Source: Octopus bimaculoides (lineage: Eukaryota). Taken from it: a stretch of 64,000 nucleotides of DNA. The DNA lies in the NCBI RefSeq assembly GCF_001194135.2, contig NC_068988.1:51346297-51410296 (forward strand), read 5' to 3'. Positions 1 to 11,815 of the stretch are shown here, piece by piece (the first letter of the stretch is position 1; each line of letters starts with the position of its first letter). The notes beneath the pieces are model-generated. The model saw only the letters and a program-made list of their open reading frames with translations. It searched no databases and was not told the DNA's origin. The translations under genes and the position numbers were made by a program.

Positions 1-50
<50 letters not shown>
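1..50. repeat. (TG)n microsatellite
   Basis: Direct. Confidence 0.97.
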
Positions 51-55
<5 letters not shown>

Positions 56-59
56 CAAA

Positions 60-350
60 GTTAAAGGAGGGTGTGAACAGTGATCTGCTGAGGTTTATTT
101 TGGGCTTCAATGATAACAGCGCTTTTCGTCGACTACCTTCAGACATGAAAATACGGTCAATTTCAAAGTAGGTCTTGTTCTGGCAGTACTACGGAAAACA
201 TTGCCAGTCCGAGATTGGATCAACAGGTATTACAGTCTATGCTGTGGTCGATGCGCCGAGAACAACGCAACCGCCCTTCATGCACTTGTTCAGCGTCCAG
301 AGATTGTTGAGTCGTATTTGCTGGACGGCCGTTATCGTACGTGAAACTGA
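60..350 (+). mobile_element. Decayed L1/Tx1-type LINE C-terminal (zinc-knuckle) fragment
   Basis: Frameshifted LFWQYYGK/LPVRDWINRYYSLCCGRCAENNATALHALVQRP resembles LAWxxYxxxLPVRD...CxRC...ETxLHALVQCP. Confidence 0.5.
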
Positions 351-852
351 TATGACTACAATCCGTACCTGTTAAAAATACTAATGCATGACAAGTTGTT
401 TTATGCCCGAAAAACGTAATACTTTGTTTCATTGAAATATAAGTGTATATTCAAGAAAGAATCGGGTAAAATGAAAATGATATTGAAAATCGTGTCCGAG
501 TACAAACAAGGGCGATTTCCAAGTTGTTTATTTCTGTATACAACATTATAATATATGCAACAGACCACACGTAGGAAATTTTCATAATTAAACATTTAAT
601 AGATAAAAAAAAATACATATTGGTTTATAATTCTTTATTGCTATATACACTATATATAACAGACCACAGACCGGAAATTTTCACAATCAAGCATTTTTGT
701 GAATTTAACCTTTTCAAAATTGGGATGCTTGTGAGATCCTCTTGGTATAATAAATTGACTTTGATGAGCAAAAAAGAAAAAAAAATTATATATATTTTTG
801 GAAGTGGTAACTTAATGTCTTTAACGATCGTGTTGAGAAATGTGTGCCCGTG

Positions 853-954
853 TACATACATACATACATACATGCATGCATACATACATACATACGTACA
901 TACATACATATACACACACACATGCATGCATACATACATACATACATACATACA

Positions 955-985
<31 letters not shown>
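853..985. repeat. (TACA)n microsatellite; another at 4547-4593
   Basis: Direct. Confidence 0.95.
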
Positions 986-986
<1 letters not shown>

Positions 987-1620
987 AATGGAGACAGCAC
1001 AGAGAGAGTGAGCGAGTTGCGAATCAAACCGGAAGTTATACTAGAGGCAGACAGATTTAACGATCATTATTATAAAGAGTACCCTGCTACTTTCTTTTAG
1101 CAAGGAAAGTAGGTGAATCTCCAATGTCTGGTAAATATAACGAAAATTTTAGCCTAATAAGCACATTTGAAAGGTCTGCGAATAGCACTTTTATTTATCT
1201 TTTTAGTATTTTATTCTGTGGCCTTGCTCTAAAGTTCTAAAAAAGTGTTGTTACAACAGATTTGATAGAGTGTCAGAGAGTGTCGTATTTAGTTACGTTT
1301 CTTCGAGTTCTAAGTTTAAATTCTGCTAGGGTCAACTTTGAAATCAAGTACAGTCGATGTATACCGTATCCATAACCAATGCTCCCGTTATACTGTGCAC
1401 TTGTGCTTAGACACGTTTTACGACTAGCGGTTTTAAAGCACGATGAATTGATTGAATCGGTAGAACATAAGATAAAATGCAATACAGTAGTTTTCGAACG
1501 ACTCTGATCACGAATAAATCGTACTTTATATGTATATATATATTGATAGAAAGGACAACAAAAGAGAGAAAGAGACCTCGATATTATGTAAATAGAGGAA
1601 TTTATCTGTAAAAATATGTC

Positions 1621-1773
1621 ACACTTATTCGGTAGCCATGATAAAACTCCGAGTTTCGGATGCCGGGGTGGGCACAGGAATTTTCAATGGCCGGATAACT
1701 GAAGAGATGTTGACGTGAATTCCCACCCCGGCATCCGAACCTCAGAGTTTTATTATGGCTGCCGAATAAGTGT
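1621..1773. mobile_element. Small fold-back (MITE-like) element with 52-bp inverted arms
   Basis: 1621-1672 and 1722-1773 are reverse complements with 4 mismatches; the spacer is also partly palindromic. No TSD found. Confidence 0.75.
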
Positions 1774-1774
1774 C

Positions 1775-2139
1775 GCTTACCAACCACATGGTCCCGGGTT
1801 CAGTCCCACTGCGTGGCACCTTGGGCAAGTGTCTTCTACTATAGCCTCGGGCCGACCAAAGCCTTGTGAGTGGATTTGGTAGACGGAAACTGAAAGAAGC
1901 CTGTCGTATATATATGTGTGTGTGTGTGTGTTTGTATGTCTGTGTTTGTCCTCCCAACATCGCTTGACAACCGATGCTGGTGTGTTTATGTCCCCGTAAC
2001 TTAGCGGTTCGGCAAAAGAGACCGATAGAATAAGTACTAGGCTTCCAAAGAATAAGTTCTGGGGTCGATTTGTTCGACTAAAGGCGGTGCTCCAGCATGG
2101 CCACAGTCAAAAGACTGAAACAATTAAAAGAGTAAAAGA
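1775..2139 (+). mobile_element. tRNA/CORE-type SINE family A (5'-truncated by the adjacent fold-back element)
   Basis: B box GGGTTCAGTCCC, CORE-like GGCACCTTGGGCAAGTG, internal (TA)(TG)n, 3' GACTGAAAC plus (AAAAGAGT) tail. Confidence 0.85.
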
Positions 2140-2144
2140 GTAAG

Positions 2145-2155
2145 ATAGATAGATT

Positions 2156-2195
<40 letters not shown>
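2145..2195. repeat. (GATA)n microsatellite; another at 4053-4108
   Basis: Direct. Confidence 0.95.
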
Positions 2196-2959
2196 TAAAG
2201 CCTGATTTATTCGTGATCAGAGACGTTCGTAAACTAAGGAACTACTGTATTAACTAAATATGAGAAAGACCGAGGTTCTACTGTATATTTAATTGCTTTC
2301 CTTTACGTCCTAATTTCAAATCCATTTAGAGTCGATAAAATAAGTACAAGACATCCAAACTGAACATCGACTACACCCTGAATACTACTTGTATGAACAT
2401 ATCCTGCTACTTCTGCAGAGTCTTCTGTATATGCACAGTGAGTACTTGAACAATTATATACCACATATCATATAGCTTTGCAACTGATGCCAAACATTTC
2501 AATTTGGTCTTTGGTTCAGGCTCTGCCCGAAATATGGCCGCAGTCCAATGACTGAAACAAGGAAAATATTAAGATAAAAGCTGTTGTTGTCGTCGTCATC
2601 GTTGTTGTTGGTGGTGGGGTAGTGGTGGGGGGATGTTAGTGTTCATAGTGTTGTTGTTTACTTCTATGTCCAGAGTTTCTTCCTTTCAGGGCCCCGGAGC
2701 GGAGTAATTGCTATCAAAATTCAAAGGAGCTTGTAGGGGTTTAGTACTGGGGTGACCCCCTCAGATATTCATGGGCATTTCTTTGACTCTCTAAGCTCTG
2801 GACCGATGTACCCTAACGTTTCAGTTGCGACCATGCCGTCATTTTGCAAATCAGGGACATTATTAGCCAATGTGAGTTATCTTTATATATTTATGAGAAA
2901 ATCGGCTGTTATATCTAGCAGGCTTTAGGACCATGAAGAGGTTTCCGGTGATGTCAATA

Positions 2960-3281
2960 GTGATGTTGATATTGCTGCTACCACTGTTGCTACCACTGCC
3001 GCTGCTACTGTTTCTGCTACTGCAGCAGTTGGTGTTATTGTTGTCTCGTTGTTGTTCCCAATGTAATTTTTGATGAAGTTTTGTTGTTGTTACACATGAT
3101 AGTGCTGTTATTAGTAACGACGTGGTTGTTGTTGTTGGTGGTGGTGATGGTGGTGGTGGTGGTGGTGGTGGTGGTGGTGGTAGTGGTGAAGTTGTTAATT
3201 TACTTCGCTGCATATTCGTTTCCATTTCCCGCTTCTAATAAACTCACTCTCCGGAATCTGTGACTGAAATTAAGTCCCAGT

Positions 3282-3340
<59 letters not shown>
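2960..3340. repeat. Compound (GCT/GTT/GGT)n trinucleotide tract plus (GT)n
   Basis: Direct. Confidence 0.9.
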
Positions 3341-3347
<7 letters not shown>

Positions 3348-3829
3348 CATGTGTGTGTGCGCGCATGTGTGTGTGGGTGTATTATTCTATTCAATTTCAT
3401 TTTATTTTTATATATTTATATATATTTATTATTATTTGCCTGTTTTTTTTTGTTCATTTAAGCTTTTGTTTCTTTGCTTCACAAAATTATAATCCATTAA
3501 AAAGGAAAAACAAAAGAAAAAACTTAAATTAAAACACACCATGAATGGTGCAGTAGCTTAAGTGGACAGAAAAAGGAAAAGGCTGGAGGAAGGGGAGAGA
3601 ATTAAATGGGGTGGTGAAAAGAAAAAGAAAAAAAAAGAGAGAGCGAGTGGGGAGAGTGCATGGTGAACGCCTTGCTCTTGTATTTAACGTGTTTCCGATT
3701 GAAACGCTTTTGCCATAGTAACTCCACATTATAACGATGAAAATTAATTCAAATTAGCTCTTAAAACAATTACAGGCTACACGTTTACAAGGAACGAGGT
3801 ATGTACATGTACATACATATGTACGTGTG

Positions 3830-3868
<39 letters not shown>

Positions 3869-4051
3869 GCACATACATTCAAGGAACTAGATATGTGTGC
3901 ACATTGTACGTACATTCATGCGTACATATACATGCGCAACAGCATGTAAGTATACGTATGTGTATACATAGGAGCACATATAGATACGTACTTTGCATAC
4001 AAATATACGTAAATGTATACGTATAAACATGTATGCGCACACGCACATATG

Positions 4052-4108
<57 letters not shown>

Positions 4109-4584
4109 NNNNNNNNNNNNNNNNNNNNNNNNNNNNNNNNNNNNNNNNNNNNNNNNNNNNNNNNNNNNNNNNNNNNNNNNNNNNNNNNNNNNNNNNNNNN
4201 NNNNNNNNNNNNNNNNNNNNNNNNNNNNNNNNNNNNNNNNNNNNNNNNNNNNNNNNNNNNNNNNNNNNNNNNNNNNNNNNNNNNNNTCACGTACACTTAC
4301 AGACATTTATATGTATACAATGCATACATATTAGCATAAATTCATGCATAAATAATATAGTTATTTACGAACACTCATATGCATGGATACATATATGTAC
4401 CTAGGAAAACATGAACATACATAGTCACACATGCGCAGACATGAATGTGTAAAGTCTCTTTCTTTGGAGATAAACTTCCACTCCAGTGTATAGGAGAGGT
4501 GCGTGTGAATGTACCTGTATATGTACATGCATGTTTATGTGAGCGTACATACATACATACATACATACATACATACATACATAC

Positions 4585-4850
4585 ATACATACATGCATGG
4601 TGATTGCTCCATCTTCACAGATGATTGCCATCTCTTTGTGCTTCCTTGTTGTCAATGGCATTTCTGACGTTCCAACCATGTCCTCTCAGAAGACTGTTCA
4701 GTCCCATTGCAAATCTGCATGGTTTGAAGCATAGGTGACTGATGGAAGTTGTAACTTACTAAGCAATTCCAACTAGTTAGATCTGCACACGTCTCGATCA
4801 CAGTTTAACTTGATGCAGAAATATGTTTTCTGCTCCCCCTATCGACGTGT
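4585..4850 (-). mobile_element. Possible decayed mariner transposase N-terminal fragment
   Basis: EQKTYFCIKLN...EMPLTT...ICEDGAITM resembles EQRxxIKFCxKL...GRPxT...VxEDRRIT; contains multiple stops. Confidence 0.4.
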
Positions 4851-5384
4851 TTCTCATCAAACCAAAATAAATTAGGCATCCTCGACCTTTCCTACATGTC
4901 ACAGTTTTCTTGCGATCGTGGTTTTGATATTCAGATCGAGCAGCGCCTTATTTGTGTTCTTGAGTAAAAGGTTTCTTTTCAATTTACTTCATTCCGCTTA
5001 TAAACCCGGGATAGACTGGCGTAGCGTTCAGAGGGAACATTGTGATCTCGGTCACTTTTATGCCATAGAATCAGGCTAACCGACTTTGTGAGTCTTAAGA
5101 CTCTAGACAAGGCTTACTTTACTCTACCTTTTTTACCTTCTTTCGCCCATCTTTTTTTCTGTTGTCTAATAAGTTAGACATGGCTTGGGCTAGGTCGAAA
5201 TATATCTATATAAGTTATCTAAGTTAATTTAGGCACAGAATTCTCAGGTTTTGAGGATGGATTTTATTGATTAAATCAGTCCTCATTACGCTTGACTAGA
5301 ACGTTATTGTATCCACCCCAGAAAAATGAAAGGTAAAATCTGAACTCGACATGATTTGAATTCAGGAACTCAGCTAAATATTCG

Positions 5385-5590
5385 TTTCAAGTTTTAGCAC
5401 AGGGCCAGCAATTTCGGGTAGCCGTAAGCCGATTACGTCGATCGCAGTGCTCAACTGGTACTTATTTTATCGACCTCGAAAGGATGAAAGGTACAGCTGA
5501 CCTCGACGGAATTTGAACTCAGAACGTTCAGACGGACGAAATGTCGCTATGCATTTTGCCTCACATGCTAACAATTCTGCCAACTCATCA
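5385..5590 (-). mobile_element. tRNA-type SINE family C
   Basis: Reverse complement ctgagttcaaattccgtcgaggtc...tttcatcctttcgaggtcgataaaataagtacc; a degenerate neighbour lies at 5270-5370. Confidence 0.85.
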
Positions 5591-6053
5591 CGTTAAGTCT
5601 CAAATTAAATATTGCAAGTTATTTAATCAGATGTGACGATGCATGGCTTATAGTTGGATGCTCGGCTCGTGAGTTCAGTTTTTGGACCATGTATCATGTT
5701 GTGACCTTGAGCAAAGTACTTCATTTTATGTTGATGCGGGTTACTCCTTTGTAATAAGTACAAGCTAATTACTAGTGCAGCTTTTTCTCCCACCTATACT
5801 CACATCCTGGATGTTCCACTGGTTTAAATGCAAGAGGCCTGAGAGAGTTCTATAGCTGTTCACGACTTCATAAGCACCTAAAACAATTAGAGAACTATTA
5901 CAAGAAGTTTGCTCGCCTTGGTACGGTCAGAATAATCAGGAAAGTATTTGATAGTTAAAAAGAACAAATAGCATGGTACCGTAGACTGTAGGCAGCAAGC
6001 CCGCTACGTATGCAAGTCTCCAGGAGTTGCAACAAAACCTGAGATGAAAAGAA

Positions 6054-6056
<3 letters not shown>

Positions 6057-6117
<61 letters not shown>

Positions 6118-6123
6118 TAATAA
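6057..6123. repeat. (TAA)n microsatellite; others at 10376-10414 and 62152-62180
   Basis: Direct. Confidence 0.95.
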
Positions 6124-7367
6124 TTTCCCTAGCTTTGGCGCAAAGCCACAAATTTTAAAGCATATTATTGATCCGAAAGTATTGTTTCTATGCTATCACT
6201 ACAGTAAAAAATAATAAAAAAACATATAAAGCAAATGAACTTATCTATGGTAGGGAGAAGCGATGCTCTAGAGAACCATTGTTTTGGAGGTTTTTTCTTC
6301 GTTTAAATAAGCCGCTTGATTGTGAGTTTTGATCTCCATTCACAACACGTTTCTTTGATTTGTTTGTTTTTTAATTTTCTAACCTATGTCAAACAGTTAA
6401 GATGAGCTTTTTCTTTTATATTTTTAATAAAGAATATATTGGTAACGCTTATTTTAGCCTATCACATTTGCTTGCCAGTCAATAACCAGTGGACTACATA
6501 CTCCCCTCCTTCAGTTTTATGGAAATCTTCAAGACGAAGATTAATCATTCTTTATGTAAACGCCGCCTACAAAACACCTGCAACCACACATTACAGATTT
6601 CTCCGCTCAATACTTTAAAGAGAAGATAATCAGCTTAATTTACCACTTACCTATTTTTCTTCCTTTCTACCTTTCTTCTCTATTTTCTTTGAAGTTTTTA
6701 ACTCTTTTTGAGCTTATTTCCTTTTATCAAGAAGATTTGGTTTAACCAGTTTAGCTTACTAGAGGACCTGCGTAGGACAAGCTTTACTCTTCACTTGATG
6801 ACAACATAGACAAGAACGATTCAGTTAGTGCATAAGATCGCTGATCATTTGTGAAGAGAATTAAATGTATTGAGAAAACAATGTGTATTAAATAACCGCC
6901 TCTAGAATATTATTTACTCGGTTATCTTAGTCTTTTATTTTACGAAGAAATGGTTAAAGTATGACTGAATCAACGCCCTATATCTAGCCGCTTTACTTTG
7001 ATAGGTCGTAGCACAGTTTTTTTTTTTGTTTATTTTTATGGGTTTTGTTGTCGATTATTTTTAGAGAAAACCATTGTAGTGTTACAATCAATTAACACCG
7101 CCTTTGCAAGGTTGTTAGGACACCAAAATGTAAATAAAAACTGTGTTTTCATGCTTTATTTATTCAACCGAACGGATTTGATCTTTTTTAATGAAATCAT
7201 GAACCATTATTTCAGATTGAAAACATNNNNNNNNNNGCTTTATTTATTCAACCGAACGGATTTGATCTTTTTTAATGAAATCATGAACCATTATTTCAGA
7301 TTGAAAACATTTTCTGTTATTACCAGTTTTTTTTTTCTTCATTTCATTGTTGTAATATGTAGTTGTT

Positions 7368-7382
7368 TGCTGCAGCTGCTGC

Positions 7383-7470
<88 letters not shown>

Positions 7471-7515
7471 GATGATGATGATCATCATGATGATCATGAT
7501 GATGATGATGATGAT
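7368..7515. repeat. Compound (GCT)(GTT)n(GAT)n microsatellite
   Basis: Direct. Confidence 0.95.
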
Positions 7516-7639
7516 GGTTTGTTGTTTATTTGTTCGTTGTACTAACATGTATTCTAGTACTCTCCGCAAGTTTATTCCTTTATTTATATATCTGGGCACA
7601 TTTCATTATTAATATCTGTTATTTACCGTTTGTTAAGCT

Positions 7640-7900
7640 AACCAAGAATTTAGTGAGCTGGTTAGCTCTTCTATTTCTCGCCCGTTTGGAGCAAAAACAA
7701 TGAGCAAAAATGGCCATCAGTGGGACTAGAATTTCCGAGACACGGGCCTTCGCGCTCATCTTCGATGACTTAGAGTTGTACGCATCTCCAAGTCGATTGG
7801 AAACGAGAGGTAGAGTCACTGTGTTGTTTCGGAAAGGTTTGGATCACGCAATACGATCTATTTTCCTGACTCAGTGACAAAGTCGATTGTACTTGACTGA
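7640..7900 (+). mobile_element. Decayed L1/Tx1-type endonuclease fragment
   Basis: MAISGTRISETRAFALIFDDLELYASPSRLETRGRVTVLFRKGLDHAIRSIFL resembles the APE ISETR...SP...GGxAVLFRK region. Confidence 0.5.
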
Positions 7901-8451
7901 TTAAGGTTAGACTCGAGTGTAATTTTTAAGGTGAAGTCTGCGAAGATATTTTTAATCTGTTTCTAGGATTTGAAGTTACGTAAGATTAGAAAACTCTAAT
8001 CTCAATAAGTACGTCAGAGAGTATGAATAAGTTTTTTTTTTTATGTATGGTATTTGAAATATAAAGGTCTCTGGTATCACTAATTTCATGGTTCCTCCCA
8101 ATCCCGATATCAAAGCGGAAAGTGAATAATCTTCTTTCGTGTTGTTTCTATTTTATCGAAAGATGGTTGACATAGAGTAAAAAAGATTTCCTTGTATACA
8201 AAATAACGTTAATGTTACTCATCATAGCCACTGAAATTAACATTATTCTACTCACAAGAAAATCTATTTTATTATAAAACAACTTTGGCATAAAAGAAAA
8301 ACTTTTGCAGTATTCCCTTTTTTCCATCAGCATGGGATCTAAAGATTTGACTAAACTTAGCGGCATGGTATCCCATTATATCTTAAGCTGGTATTTTCAG
8401 TATTTCAACTCCACTCATCTTGCCTGCCTTACTTTAATATATCCCAATTAC

Positions 8452-8855
8452 CAGCACTGGATAAGCCTTTAAACAAAATAAGCGCGCGCTTAGGGCATCA
8501 AGAGAAGAGGGAGCACCACGAAAATGGTAAACGGTTTACAAAAGAAAATGGCGTTAAACTTGCTAAAATAATATTCGAAGTGGTTTATGACCAGAAATAT
8601 GATTTCGAAGTGTTCACGGTGATCAATGACTTTGCAATTAAAAATAGTAGAAAACTTTTCAAATATAAATAAAGTGGAAGCATTCGAAAATAAACACTAT
8701 TTTCTATCTTACTGTTAGTTTTGTTTCATTTTGAAAAATAAAAAAATTATTCATTTTATGGTTTATTATTGTTTATATTTTGAATTACATATGTAGGGGC
8801 GGGGGACAAAATCTTTTAAGTGCTTAGGGTCTCTATGGGCCTTAATCCAGCCCTG
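8452..8855. mobile_element. hAT-type MITE (404 bp)
   Basis: Imperfect TIRs CAGCACTGGATAAG / CAGGGCTGGATTAAG. Perfect 8-bp TSD CCAATTAC (8444-8451, 8856-8863). Confidence 0.88.
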
Positions 8856-9675
8856 CCAATTACCCCTTTCTTCTTCGTTTCTTATTTTTATTCTATCTCC
8901 ATTCGCCTCTCTCTCTTCGTGTTTGTTCTTCCTTCAGCCCTATCTAATAATATATATGCGTATATATTTTTCAAACTTTTCTCATTAAAATTTGGTAATT
9001 CGAAATGTGAAATTTACATTATTGTGATCCAAAATCTTTTCAGCTTTATAACAGCTGCTGTTGAGATCGTGACTTCTTTTGTAGTTGTTTAACATAATCA
9101 TGAAGGCTCTATGCTGGACATGTTTTAATCGTTGCTTTATTTTGCAAACTACTAGCAGCACTATCTCGGAAGACCATTACTGTTTCTCATCAGCAAGAAC
9201 AGATCAAGACTGGAGTGAGCCGTTGTTCCTGTAGTGTCTGACCTTAAGCTCTTGGCGATTCCAAGCATACATTCGCCTTCAGTGTTTTCTTTTGGCCTTT
9301 TCTCACTAAATTCTTAGCTCCAACGAGAGCCTATACTCAGAACAATGTTTAGACCGTACAAATCAGGGGTACTTAACTCCCTGAGGCTTTATATACTTAC
9401 ATAACCATAAAATACTTTATAAAATTTTCGCAAGACTACTTTCAGTACTGACAACTTGGAAATCGTTATTGTTGTACTCGGACACGAATTTCAAAGCGAT
9501 GATAGGCAAAATCGGCCTCCTGTCGGAATCAAATGCATAAATGGAGAACGACAATTAAATACTAGTAAATATAAAGATTATTAATTTGATTTGATTAAAC
9601 GTTGAGCTTCTTTTTTTTTCACCTCCTACCAGACACAAAGACCATATATTTTTGCAAGCCATCAAGAGAGCTTTT

Positions 9676-9855
9676 ACATGATCACTCGACCTACTAGAAA
9701 TAACAACCAAATCTCCCTGAAATCATACATCTCACTGTTTTAAATAAGGAAAGAAGAAATTATATAAAATAGTCTCAAAAACAGAGAAAGTCACTGGTAG
9801 GATGACTTTGATTATGTGTCTTTCCGATCAGCACAGATCTGGAGCTAAACTGTAA
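9676..9855 (+). repeat. Dispersed repeat family E; fragments also at about 24930-25100, 29500-29640 (-), 32430-32600, 45020-45130, 54950-54975, 60740-60960 and 62090-62130
   Basis: Recurring block (c)ctgctagaaata(a/g)cagccaaatctccc...aaatcacac and an aac-rich end; class undetermined. Confidence 0.6.
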
Positions 9856-10372
9856 CAAGCATGTATTTTAGAAAAGAGAGGAAAATGGAGAAACTGTCAT
9901 TTACGCCTTCGTTCGGTGAAATTAGTAGCGTATGTGAAGTGAAATGGCTTCGGTTTGTAAAAATCTACTTACCCTGTCCGCTGAGAGATTACTCTTTCTT
10001 TAAATCACTTTACATATGGATTTCATTAAATATTAAACGTTCAAATTCCTTAGTATATTTAATTAAAATATAATCATTATTATTTTTTCTTTATTAAAAA
10101 AATTTAATCAAATGATAGTAATTAAATCAAATTTCTACACAGTAAATAGTTCTTTATTTCTTGAATGTTTAAATGTAGAATTTTTTTTTAAATCCCTATG
10201 TATATAGACATCGTGGTTTGGCTAAGACAGTTGGCATCTCTCAACTTTTTTAATAAGAAACCTGATTTTTACCATACGTGGTTGACTACAGTTACAGAAA
10301 TGCCCCAGAGTAAGAAAGTAGCGTGAGTGAATTCAAAGTCCTAGTAATGGGTGATACAACGCAACAACAACA

Positions 10373-10416
<44 letters not shown>

Positions 10417-10421
10417 CCTCT

Positions 10422-10566
10422 TTACAAGGCTGCAATTTGTGGGAGGGAGACAGTTGTTTGTAGCGACTGCAGCGCTCCAGTTATCGATCCCGAAAAGATG
10501 TAAGACAAAATCGGCCTCCGCAGAATTAGAACTCGGAACGTAAGGCCGGAAGAAATATCACTAAGC
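10422..10566 (-). mobile_element. SINE family C (internally deleted)
   Basis: Same diagnostic blocks. Confidence 0.7.
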
Positions 10567-10690
10567 TTTAATAATAATAATAATAATTCTTTCTACTGGA
10601 GGCACAGGGCCTCAAATGTGTGGGGCACAGGGTCTCAAGTTATACTGCAGTGAAGTAGGATCGAACGCCACGCATCCATTTCCAAGTAAG

Positions 10691-11368
10691 TTTTTATCTT
10701 AATTCTGATGCGCACTCTACACTCTCTATTCTACCTTTATCGCTATTTTTTCTTTCTTTCTGTTTCTTTCTTTTCCTTCCCCTTCACCGTTCTCTTTCTT
10801 TCCCTCTCTCTCTCTCCCTCACTCTTCCTCCTTGACTCTTTCATTGCTCACACGTGACCAGCGGCTATCGTTCTTTTTTCCTCTCGCTTTACAAGAGATA
10901 TGGCCTACTTTTGTCTGTCTCTTGTCATAGCTCCTTTCTCCAGCGTTCACCACTTCATCTCGCTATGGCTTAACAGCCCTCACCGTTTGTTTTTACTCTT
11001 TTGTTTTGACTGTCCTGTTTTTGTTACCACTTTAAACCTCCCAAATTACATTTAATTTGCTTTGTGAGAAGGACTGTTTTAACGAAGTCGCGTCTTGTCC
11101 CAACCTTCAAAACACGGAGTAAATAAAACAGGAGACAAATGATGAAGGGGTTGTTATTTATGTTGCCTGTCTCGATTTTCTCTTTGTTTCTTTCGTTTTC
11201 CATGCTTTTGTTTTTTAATGTTCTCGTTTTTCATTTTGTTCACGTTTTTTGTCGTCCTGAACCCATATATTCATGTATATATACATATATATGTAGGTAT
11301 GTACATATATGCATGTATATATGCATACACATTTATATATATTATTTATATTATTATATGATCAAATT
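10691..11368. mobile_element. Pyrimidine-rich insertion flanked by 23-bp direct repeats
   Basis: CCACGCATCCA(T/C)TTCCAAGTAAG at 10668-10690 and 11369-11391; internal tagctcc...ctccagcgttcacc resembles family H. Confidence 0.5.
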
Positions 11369-11391
11369 CCACGCATCCACTTCCAAGTAAG

Positions 11392-11432
<41 letters not shown>

Positions 11433-11748
11433 CAGAGCTAATAGTGAGGGATTATCAATCTGGACAAAATACTTCATAAGCTCTCTGTTGGCACACCAGG
11501 CTTACAATATATTGTTTAGATTAGTGAAAAACTCCTAGTATTCTTATGGCTGGGTCCAAGGCTATGAGTCATCACAATTCTATATTGTAAATCCGTGGTT
11601 GGGCTCCAAGCAAACTGGTCTTTACAGAATGATATATAAGACAAGTTATAGATAATGGTCATTACATATTTTTCCTGTTTTAGAGCAAATTTGGCTAATT
11701 TGTTCTAATAAAGGAAAAATATGTAATGAACATTATCTATAACTTAAC

Positions 11749-11815
<67 letters not shown>

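Noticed and set aside
620-4679. ORFs rich in YIHT/MYVC/HTHT/VVVV
   Set aside because: Translations of microsatellites; the same applies to similar ORFs at 7.0-7.6, 15.1-15.5, 36.0-37.4 and 48.5 kb.
6440-6560. Possible CR1 3'-end remnant (FKTKINH); similar at 57380-57480 on the minus strand
   Set aside because: Only a few residues match; not distinguishable from chance by eye.
7153-7310. 74-bp exact direct repeat either side of a 10-N gap
   Set aside because: Typical unmerged contig overlap; an assembly artefact.
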